From contig JABHAA010000156.1 of NCBI GenBank assembly GCA_018674495.1, positions 7,928 through 71,927 on the forward strand: 64,000 bases of DNA. The letters run 5' to 3'. Every line of letters starts with the position of its first letter. Position 1 is the first letter of the stretch. Below the pieces are notes generated by a model, which made no database searches, was not told where the DNA came from, and was given only the letters and a program-made list of their open reading frames with translations. This stretch comes from Rhodospirillaceae bacterium. GTDB taxonomy: Bacteria > Pseudomonadota > Alphaproteobacteria > Rhodospirillales > UBA2165. This document shows positions 28,554 to 36,924 of this stretch, piece after piece. The position numbers were made by a program, and so were the translations under genes.

Positions 28554-29250
28554 GCGTGTCCGCTTCGGCGCTGCGGCCATAGTCCTGGCGCGCACCGAAA
28601 ATTGCGGTGCCGACGCGCACCAAGGTTGCGCCGAACTGCACCGCCGTTTCAAAATCGGCGCTCATGCCCATGCTCAATTGGGCGAGGTGGTTGCGCCGGG
28701 CAATCTTGGCCAGCAGGGCGAAATGCATGGCCGGTTCTTCATTGGCCGGCGGAATGCACATCAAGCCGATGACCGGCAATCCATGCTGGTCCCGGCAGGC
28801 GCCAATAAAATCGTCGGCCTCGGCGGGAAGGACGCCGGCTTTCTGCGCCTCTTCACCGGTGTTCACCTGAATCAAGCAATCGGGGCGCCGCCCCGCCTCG
28901 TCCATATGGCGGGCCAGCGCGGCAGCCAGCTTGAGACGGTCGACGGTTTCGATCACATCGAACAGGCGCACCGCAAGGGCCGCCTTGTTGCGCTGCAACG
29001 GGCCAATCAAATGTAGCCGGCATTCGGGAAATTCCTGGCGCAGCTCGGGCCATTTGGTTTCCGCCTCCTGCACTCGGTTTTCGCCGAAAATTCGCTGCCC
29101 GGCAGCAATCGCGGCCCGCACACTATCTGGCGGATGGGTTTTCGAAACGGCAACCAGGCGCACGTCATCGGCGCTGCGCCCGTGGGCGCGCGCGGCATCA
29201 TCAATGGTCTTTTTGACCTGGGCCAGATTCTGTGCGATGTCGGTTTGCAT
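28537..29250 (-). CDS. yggS: YggS-family pyridoxal-phosphate homeostasis protein
   Basis: PLP-lysine motif LVAVSKTH and C-terminal SMGMSADFETA...VRVGTAIFG. Trimmed to ATG 29250. Confidence 0.85.
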   Translation of the reverse strand: MQTDIAQNLAQVKKTIDDAARAHGRSADDVRLVAVSKTHPPDSVRAAIAAGQRIFGENRVQEAETKWPELRQEFPECRLHLIGPLQRNKAALAVRLFDVIETVDRLKLAAALARHMDEAGRRPDCLIQVNTGEEAQKAGVLPAEADDFIGACRDQHGLPVIGLMCIPPANEEPAMHFALLAKIARRNHLAQLSMGMSADFETAVQFGATLVRVGTAIFGARQDYGRSAEADTLSSPT

Positions 29251-29322
29251 ATTTATAACAACCGGCGGACCTTTGGGTTTGGAAACTATGGTGCTCGGAT
29301 ACATTGATTTGGCCAGCAAAGC

Positions 29323-29928
29323 ATGACGCTATCAGATTATGCAAGGCGGCTCAATTTCAGAAGCGGCTGCGCCCACCTGCCGCCGGCGATTTTGATGACC
29401 GATCTCGCGCGGCTGGCCAATCCGGGCCCGTTGCTTGGCGCGCTGCCCGCCGGCGCGGCCGTGCTCTACCGGAATTATGAAAGCCCAAACCGGGCCGGGG
29501 AAGCGCGGGCGCTCAAATCCCTTTGCCGCCGGCACGGCCTGTTGTTGATTGTTGCCGAAGACCCGTGGCTTGCCCACCAGGTAGAGGCGGACGGATTGCA
29601 TTTGAGTGATCGGACGGCGCGCCGCTCGGGCCATCGCCGCGCCGCCAAAATGCACCCCGGCAGGTTGCTGACCATCGCCGCCCATTCGCCGGCGGGGCTG
29701 AGGCGGGCGGCAGCTTTGGGCGCCGATGCGGCTTTCTTGTCGCCAGTGTTCGAAACCAGAAGCCATCCAGGCAACGCTGGGCTCGGCGTTCAGAAATTTA
29801 CCGCATGGGGACGCCGGGCGCCGCTTCCGGTTTATGCACTCGGCGGTATCAATGCCGGCAATGCCCGCGCCTTAGACAATTCCGGTGCCGCCGGTATCGC
29901 CGGCATCGGTGGCTGGGAGCAACCATGA
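29323..29928 (+). CDS. thiamine-phosphate synthase family protein (ThiE/TenI-like)
   Basis: 201 aa TIM-barrel-like protein with ...ADGLHL..., FLSPVFET and ALGGI motifs characteristic of ThiE/TenI. Confidence 0.65.
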   Translation: MTLSDYARRLNFRSGCAHLPPAILMTDLARLANPGPLLGALPAGAAVLYRNYESPNRAGEARALKSLCRRHGLLLIVAEDPWLAHQVEADGLHLSDRTARRSGHRRAAKMHPGRLLTIAAHSPAGLRRAAALGADAAFLSPVFETRSHPGNAGLGVQKFTAWGRRAPLPVYALGGINAGNARALDNSGAAGIAGIGGWEQP

Positions 29929-30935
29929 GCGGGGCGGTGGAGGATATGAATGCGCTGATTGCCGAGGGCGCTGCCGCCAATCAGACGGGTGATTTTGAAA
30001 GCGCGGCGGCGGCTTATCGCCAAGCCCTGCGTCTCGCGCCGGAGAATTCTCAAGCGATGTTCGGATTGGCTGCAGCCCTTAGGGCGCTCGGCGATTACCA
30101 AGAAGCGGAACGGTTTTACAGCCGAGCACTAGCCATAGATCCGGCTCCAGCGGAACCTTATTGGGAGCTGGGCTACACCCGCGAAATGCTGGGCGACAAT
30201 CAGGGCGCGGCGGCGGCCTACGAGCAATGTCTAGCCCGGGATGCGGGGCACGGCGTGGCGCAGCATTTGCTGGATGCGTTGACCGGAACCACCACCGACG
30301 CGGCGCCCAATGATTATGTCGCTGCCCTGTTCGACGACTACGCCGAGGATTTCGAGCGGTCCATGACTGAGGATTTGCACTACAGCGTGCCGGCGTCCAT
30401 GGCGGGAAAAATGGCGGCTATTTGCGGCGCTCCTCCGCCTCATTTTCGCCGCTGCCTAGATCTCGGCGCTGGCACCGGATTGACCGGCGCCGCCATCGCC
30501 GCCTTTGCAGGGGATATGCACGGCGTGGATCTGTCAGCGGAAATGCTGGAACTGGCCAAGGAAAGCGGAGTTTACAGCCAAACCTTCGTTGCCGGGATGA
30601 CCGAATTTTTGGCCAAACCCATGGCCGGCGCGCATCAACATTATGATCTGATGATCAGCGGCGATGCGCTGGTCTATGTGGGCGATCTGGCAACCCTATT
30701 CGCGGGCGCGCATCTGCGCCTGAACCCGGGCGGCTGGTTTTTGTTTACGGTGGAGTTGGCAGACGCCGGGGATTTCACTTTGCAGAGCACCGGCCGCTAC
30801 GCCCACGGGCCGGAATATTTGCGCAAGTCCGCCGCCGCCGCCGGATTTGAGCCTGGCAGCCTAGATCCGATCACGCCGCGCCGGGACGCCGATCATGATA
30901 TTCATGGATTGCTGGGGGCTTTCCGCAGGCTGTAA
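29925..30935 (+). CDS. TPR-repeat SAM-dependent methyltransferase (COG4976-like architecture)
   Basis: ATG 29925 overlaps the preceding stop (ATGA). N-terminal TPR units, then SAM motif I LDLGAGTG and motif ISGDALVY. Confidence 0.8.
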   Translation: MSGAVEDMNALIAEGAAANQTGDFESAAAAYRQALRLAPENSQAMFGLAAALRALGDYQEAERFYSRALAIDPAPAEPYWELGYTREMLGDNQGAAAAYEQCLARDAGHGVAQHLLDALTGTTTDAAPNDYVAALFDDYAEDFERSMTEDLHYSVPASMAGKMAAICGAPPPHFRRCLDLGAGTGLTGAAIAAFAGDMHGVDLSAEMLELAKESGVYSQTFVAGMTEFLAKPMAGAHQHYDLMISGDALVYVGDLATLFAGAHLRLNPGGWFLFTVELADAGDFTLQSTGRYAHGPEYLRKSAAAAGFEPGSLDPITPRRDADHDIHGLLGAFRRL

Positions 30936-30985
30936 GTACCGGGACCGTAATTCCGTCCGCCGTCAACATTGGTTAACGGCTGGAT

Positions 30986-32938
30986 TCAATCCATGGCATC
31001 GATCATCGGTTTCAACTGGCTCTCGAATTGGCGCCAGCGATCGATGGATCGTGTGTAGACAGGCTCGCGCACTTGCCATTTGGAAGCGGTGGTTACGTTT
31101 GAGCGGCGTTCATGGAACTGAAGAGATTTAGGATCCCAATCTATGCCGACATAGCCCATGATTTGTCGCCCAACGGTTTCAGGATTAGAAACCAATTTTT
31201 CGTAATCAACCTCTAACATAGCGTCCGGTAAAACCTGTTTCCAATGATCCATAAGCGCTTCGTAGGATTTCAAATAGAGCCCCAGATGCGCCAAATCCGT
31301 TGACCAAGCATGGGGCTTCTCGAACCTCTGAAAAAAGCACGAAACTCCGGTATCACGAAGATTGCGTCGGCAATGAATGACGCGTGCTCCCGGAAATAGA
31401 AGATGAATAAACCCTAAGAAAATAAAATTGAACGGCATTTTGTCAATTACCTGGCTGGCATTTGGGCGGCGCTCTCCGGTGCCCGCCAGATACGTCTTAG
31501 CCAACTGGGCTATAGTTTGCTCTGGCAAGTTTGCCACGGCGCCGGGAAAATCCGGCATAGAACGGCTCAAGTCCTCGATCAGGTCCAACTCGCCGGCGGT
31601 TTCGATCGCGGAATGGCCGGCCATGATTTGTTCAACGAGCGTGGTGCCTGATCGCGGCATGCCTAGGATAAAGATGGGTTGCGCCGGTGGATCCAAATTT
31701 GATTTTCGGCCGGCAAAAAATTGGCCTGAGAAAACGGTTTTGATGCGCTCCAAAAAGTCCCGGTGATAGTCGGGCGAAAATCCCTTATTGTCGTTTTCCA
31801 ATTTGCGCTTGCGCAAGGCATTTGCCGCCACCGCCATTTGGAATGCGCGCCCATAGTCACTGCGTTTTTGGTATTGATGGGCCAATGCAAATTTCAATTT
31901 GGTGCGTTGTTCGTCGTCGAGATCGCCGGAGGCCGCCAATTTTTCTGCCTGGGCAAGGATATCGCCGTCCAACAGGCCGCGCCCCGTGCCGAGCGAAAAT
32001 ATCGCGCTGATATGCCCGGGCTGCAAATCAAGTGCGGCACGCAAACTCGTTTCAGCCCCATCCAAATCACCCATCTCCGACAACGCGATTCCGAGGTTGC
32101 AGTATATATTGGCCGAGCTCGGATCCAGCGCGAGAGCCTTTTTGTTGAGCGCTACCGAAAGCGCATTGTCATCCAATTTGGAAGCAATCGTGGCCAGACT
32201 GGCAAATGTCTGTGCATCATCGGGCTCGCTTGGAATAACGGTCTCAAGATCGGCTCGCGCCGCTGCCCATTGTTCTCGTGCAATGTTTAGCTTCGCCCTG
32301 GTTTTCAACCCGATGATTGAATCCGGAGCCACCCGAAAAACCGTTTCCAGATCGCGCTCGGCGTCTTCCAGCCTGGCTAGTTCGATGAAAGCAGCGGCTC
32401 TCTGGCTCAATACCGCCGGATCGTTCGGTTCTCCGGAAAGGTAGCGGGTGAACAGATCAACCGAGCGATCAAAATCGCCGCCGCGCATACAAATGGTGCC
32501 CAAATTGTTCAGTGCGGCGCCATTGGTGGGATCAATTTCTAACGCCCGGCAGTAGGCTTGTTCTGCCTCTGGAAGCTTGCCAAGCCCATCCATGGCGCTA
32601 CCCAAGCTGCAATGAAATCCGCTGTCGCCGGGATCCAACCTTACTGCCTTGTTCGCCGCCTTTGCCGCCTCTTTGAATTTATTGAGGCTCAAATACGTTA
32701 GCGCCAAATTGCCATAATAAGCGGGATAATCTCCCCTCATTTTGATGGCCCGCCGGATCGTCTTCGCAGCCTTTCTGGCATCACCACGCGCCAAGGCGAT
32801 CACACCAAGAAGATGAACCGCATCCGAAATTTGAGGATCGATAGAAAGGACCTGTTTATACAAGCGTTCAGCGTCGTCCAGCCTGCCGCTTGTATGGCTG
32901 TTTAAAGCCTCGTTCATTACGGTTTGAATATCAGGCAT
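30986..32938 (-). CDS. TPR-repeat sulfotransferase (TPST/RaxST-like catalytic domain), paralog 1
   Basis: 650 aa: about 380 aa of TPR units, then 5'-PSB loop ILGMPRSGTTLVEQ and 3'-PB-like IHCRRNLRDTGVSCF. Confidence 0.85.
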   Translation of the reverse strand: MPDIQTVMNEALNSHTSGRLDDAERLYKQVLSIDPQISDAVHLLGVIALARGDARKAAKTIRRAIKMRGDYPAYYGNLALTYLSLNKFKEAAKAANKAVRLDPGDSGFHCSLGSAMDGLGKLPEAEQAYCRALEIDPTNGAALNNLGTICMRGGDFDRSVDLFTRYLSGEPNDPAVLSQRAAAFIELARLEDAERDLETVFRVAPDSIIGLKTRAKLNIAREQWAAARADLETVIPSEPDDAQTFASLATIASKLDDNALSVALNKKALALDPSSANIYCNLGIALSEMGDLDGAETSLRAALDLQPGHISAIFSLGTGRGLLDGDILAQAEKLAASGDLDDEQRTKLKFALAHQYQKRSDYGRAFQMAVAANALRKRKLENDNKGFSPDYHRDFLERIKTVFSGQFFAGRKSNLDPPAQPIFILGMPRSGTTLVEQIMAGHSAIETAGELDLIEDLSRSMPDFPGAVANLPEQTIAQLAKTYLAGTGERRPNASQVIDKMPFNFIFLGFIHLLFPGARVIHCRRNLRDTGVSCFFQRFEKPHAWSTDLAHLGLYLKSYEALMDHWKQVLPDAMLEVDYEKLVSNPETVGRQIMGYVGIDWDPKSLQFHERRSNVTTASKWQVREPVYTRSIDRWRQFESQLKPMIDAMD

Positions 32939-33163
32939 CGCCGCAAAAACCTAGCAGGTTCGCCGTGACTGGTCGACCGGTCAAGTCTTCGGGCAGTGAT
33001 CGCCCGGATTTGGCAAACCTGGAATACGGCGTCACCGAAATTGACATTATATGCGCTTGATCGCAGATGGCGGCGCGCCGGCTTTTGCCGCTGCGCCCGG
33101 AATATCTATATTTTCTATATCTGAACGAAAACCGATTCTGATCGCTTTGTCCAGATTTCAGGC

Positions 33164-33193
33164 AAAGAAAAAGGGGAGCGCTGAACGCTCCCC
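33164..33193 (-). terminator. Rho-independent terminator of the porin gene
   Basis: The minus strand reads GGGGAGCG-TTCAG-CGCTCCCC followed by TTTTTCTTT, 26 nt after the porin stop. Confidence 0.8.
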
Positions 33194-33218
33194 TTTCCCA
33201 ATCAAGTGAAACTTGATT

Positions 33219-34388
33219 TTAGAACCGTACCTTGACACCAGCAACGGCAGCCCAACCCTTATTGTTAAGGGAATCGGCCGTGGTTTCATCTTCATAATCA
33301 ACCAAGAAGAGGGTACCAACCGCGGACACACCCGGACCTAAGTCATAGGTGGCGCCGAGAGAAAGAACGGACTTGCTGTCATCACCAGCAACTGCGGTGG
33401 ACAACTCTTTTGTACCGGAGACATAATGCAAACCAACCGAATAGCCCTTCGGTTTGAACAGTACGCCGATATCAAAGACTTCGGTATCATCGGAACTGGT
33501 CGTACCTTCAATACCAGAATGCGAGTTGCCTATGTCGCGGTATGAGCCGCCAACAGAGATATCGCCGAAGCCTAACCGCCCGCCGAAGCGCGTGGTATCG
33601 GTGGAGTCTACAGCTGCTCCACGACGTTGCCAGCGACCAAAATCAGCCTTGACCGAAACCGAGCCGACCTTGGTTTCGAAGTTCAAGGCAGCGCCCCATT
33701 CCTGGGCTTCAGTTCCGCTATTACCGCCACTAGCAGCGACAATCTCTGTCTTGCTCGAATTCGGCTGATAATACACACCGGCACGAAAACCAGCGAACTG
33801 CGGAGTAATATATTGCAGTTTGACGGCATCGTCAGCACCGTTGGTGGTTGACATTTTGCCCATCGGGCCAAAGGTCGCTACGCCGCCCGGCTGCTTAACC
33901 CAGAAGGCATCTTCAACGCCGGGGAAGATCGCGCCCGTCCACGGTGCATTCTGAGAGAGAACCGCAGTCACGGGACTAGTGGAACCAATCCGGACATCAC
34001 CGAAACCACCCTTAATGCGCATGAAGGAATGGTCAACGCCGCTATCTGACTGGCTGGTGCCGCCGTTAGCGATAACCTGATCGCCTTCGAACTCGACTTC
34101 CACCGAGACGGTGATGCCACTGTCCAGCTTGACCGTACCCTTGATCTCGACTTCCGTGTTCGTCCAGACGCCAAATTCTTCGTAGCCGGTAATACCGGAT
34201 ACATCGGCGGCACCTGATTTTTCGAAAGACGATTCATTGTTGGCAAATCCTACGAGGGCAGTCATGCCGCCGCCGAAACCCAATTGAATCTTCTTGGCTT
34301 TTTCCGCCGCCGCCGCATCGCCCGTCGGAATCAGGGCAACCGCAGCAGCCGCAGCCAAGGCTGTTGACGAATAAAGTACCTTCTTCAT
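33219..34388 (-). CDS. outer-membrane porin (general Gram-negative porin fold)
   Basis: Signal peptide MKKVLYSSTALAAAAAVALIPTGDAAA, alternating beta-strand pattern, C-terminal ...GVKVRF ending in Phe, and a strong AGGAGG SD. Confidence 0.85.
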   Translation of the reverse strand: MKKVLYSSTALAAAAAVALIPTGDAAAAEKAKKIQLGFGGGMTALVGFANNESSFEKSGAADVSGITGYEEFGVWTNTEVEIKGTVKLDSGITVSVEVEFEGDQVIANGGTSQSDSGVDHSFMRIKGGFGDVRIGSTSPVTAVLSQNAPWTGAIFPGVEDAFWVKQPGGVATFGPMGKMSTTNGADDAVKLQYITPQFAGFRAGVYYQPNSSKTEIVAASGGNSGTEAQEWGAALNFETKVGSVSVKADFGRWQRRGAAVDSTDTTRFGGRLGFGDISVGGSYRDIGNSHSGIEGTTSSDDTEVFDIGVLFKPKGYSVGLHYVSGTKELSTAVAGDDSKSVLSLGATYDLGPGVSAVGTLFLVDYEDETTADSLNNKGWAAVAGVKVRF

Positions 34389-34931
34389 AGAAACTCCTCC
34401 TAAAGACCTTTACCCCACGAACAAGATTGTCCGCAGACAAGGATATGTTGGACCACGGGAATAGAGCCATGGGTTGGCGCGCCGGTCAAGTGGCATTCAC
34501 CTGGACTGTGATATATTTCGCTATGTGTTGCAATAATGATACGCATGATTTTGCCGCTTGAAATAAGGGGTTAGCGCCTGCTGTGTCAAATTGAAACCGT
34601 TTCCTGGGTCGCCCTTGACGTTTATGGGAGTTCGTGCCGGGCAGCGCCAGATGCGGATTTAAGGGCATCGAATTTGATAATTTGGCTCCCGGAAACCGCT
34701 TGGGTCGAAATTCCGCAGATTTACCGGCAGAATCAACTATATTGCACATAAGTCTAACCGGCAAATTACATGTGTATGCGTTGTCACCGGTCAAATTCGA
34801 GCGTCCGCCACGAAAAGAGGCGCGATTGTATTGTATATCGATCTTGTGCGATGGGTATGGTAAGGCCCACGATACGAACTTCCATTTTAATAGGAATACC
34901 ATTCATTGGCCTATCCTCCGAACACACGAAA

Positions 34932-36847
34932 ATGTCGCCCTTAGCCGACAATTTGATCCAACAAGGCATTTTACAGCTCAACCAGGGCCGTACCAACGAT
35001 GCCGTCCAAACCTTCCAATCGGTTCTTAGCGGCGATCCGAACCAATCGGCAGCCGCCTATTATCTGGGACTGATCCGCTATCAGGAGCCTGATTATGCTG
35101 CAGCCAAGGCGCTGCTGAAAATAGCGGCGCATCATGATCGCGGTAATTTTCAAGCCCGGCTTTACCTCGGTTATGCATGCTACTACCTAAATGAGCTAGC
35201 GGACGCCAAAACAGAATTTCAGCGGGCGCTCAAGCTGGAACCCAAATCTGCCGATGTGCATCTGGCATTGGCTCTTATCTTGGAGAAGGGTGGCGACAGG
35301 AGCGGCGCCGGCACCCATTCCAGGCGCGCCATACAATTGGCTCCAGACAATACGGAAATGCTTAATTTTCACGTCCGTCTTTTGATGGATGCCGGTCAGT
35401 TCGAGGCAGCGCGGTCTACGTTGCAACAGTCCCTCGCTATTGATCCCAAGAACAGCCGGGCGCGCGCTGCTGAAATCCTTATTGAAATCGCCTTGCATAA
35501 CCTGGAAGCGGCGCAATCCCTTTTCGCCAATCTGGAAGCCGAGGCTGCCGATTGGCTTGGTCTGAATATGTTGCGCGCCAATATTTTCCTTGCCCGAGAT
35601 CAGCCGGAAGACGCGATCAAATTGCTGCGTCAAATGTCGGGCGACCAGCAGGATTCCCTTTCCATAGCACTAATGTTGGGTAAGGCGTTGATAGCGTGCG
35701 ATGCCCCCGCAGAAGCGGTCGCCATATACCGCGACCTGCTGAAAACGGTGACCGGCAACTTCGAATTGCACTTCGACTTGAGCCGGGCCCTCAAAGCACA
35801 GGGTAAGTTCGATGAATCCCTCATCGAATTGAATGAAGCGCTCCGCATCGATCCGAGCGAAGGCAATATTTATTATCGCGCCCTTGTCTATTTCGCCCGC
35901 GGCGATTACGCGAAAGGCGCCGCCGACTACGAATTCCGCTGGCACTCATCGGCCGACGGGTATATCCGGCGCCCATTCCAACAGCCCGCGTGGCGTCCCG
36001 GGACCGATTTGAAAGGCGAAACCGTATTGGTCTGGGGTGAGCAGGGCGTTGGCGATCAAATTCTATTTGGCGGTCTGCTTCCCTGGCTGGCATCCACAAC
36101 CGGCCGCTGCATATTCGAATGTGACGAGAGATTGGCGCCGGCATTTCAGCGCGCATTCCCTGGCATTGAAGTGGTCGGAGCGGCTGCCAAGCCCGACAAA
36201 CGAGCCCTGTCACCGGATATCACAATGCAAATTCCGCTAGCCAGCTTGATGGCGGCCATTCCTGGCTGGCCCGATCATTTTGAATTTGCCGCGCGATATC
36301 TGGAACCGGACAAAAAATAAACGCCGATATCGGCAATCAACTCGCGGACGCACAACTATCGGGCCTAAAGATCGGCCTCGCATGGCACAGTGCGCGGCCA
36401 AAAGTGGGGCCTAAAAAATCAACGCCGCTGGCACTATGGGGCCCAATATTGACGCAGCCGGATTGCAGCTTCATCAATCTTCAGTATGGCGATACCGATG
36501 CTGAAATTGCGTTGGCTCAAACCGATCTCGGGGTCCAGATTTATACCCATCCCGAGATCGACCGGTTCAACGATTTGGATGCTCTTCTGGCACTCATCGA
36601 CGGATTGGACCTTGTGATAACCACATCAAACGTAGCCGCGCATCTTGCGGCCAGCCTGGGCAAGCCCTGTTGGCTGCTGTTACAGAACTTGCCAATTTGG
36701 TACTGGAAGCGCGCCGGAGAGAGCGTGCTTTTTTATCCGAGCGTGCGCGCCTTCCGGCAAGAAAAGACGGGCGATTGGGAAACGGTAATCGCCGATGCCG
36801 CCGCCGCCCTTCAAAGCTTGCGGATCCGTGATGGGGAATCCCGTTAA
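34932..36847 (+). pseudogene. TPR-repeat GT9-like glycosyltransferase, interrupted by a -1 nt frameshift in an A-run
   Basis: ORF 34932-36320 (TPR units plus GT9-like N-lobe GEQGVGDQILF) stops at TAA 36318. The +1-shifted frame is open across the junction and continues ...INADIGNQLADAQLSGLKIGLAWHS... into ORF 36404-36847 (GT9 C-lobe). Adding one A to the A6 run at 36312-36317 gives a continuous ...LEPDKKINADIG... reading. Confidence 0.75.
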
Positions 36848-36924
36848 AGAATTTTTCTGGTAGCTGCTTCAAATTCGATTCCCGCCCGCTATTATTTAAT
36901 AGGAAATGATTTTAGGCTGATTGA

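Noticed and set aside
29251-29322. Possible TPP riboswitch upstream of the ThiE-like gene.
   Set aside because: The spacer is only 72 nt and lacks the conserved CUGAGA / ACCUGAUCUGGAUAAUGC-type THI-box elements.
30958-30977. Hairpin CCGTCAAC-ATTG-GTTAACGG between the convergent TPR-methyltransferase and sulfotransferase genes.
   Set aside because: The stem has a mismatch and there is no U-run on either strand, so a terminator call is not supported.
34486-35029. ORFs 34486-34902 (minus, 138 aa) and 34634-35029 (plus, 131 aa) in the porin/TPR-GT9 spacer.
   Set aside because: They overlap each other, have no SD or start context and no recognisable motifs, and the plus-strand ORF runs into the better-supported TPR gene start at 34932.
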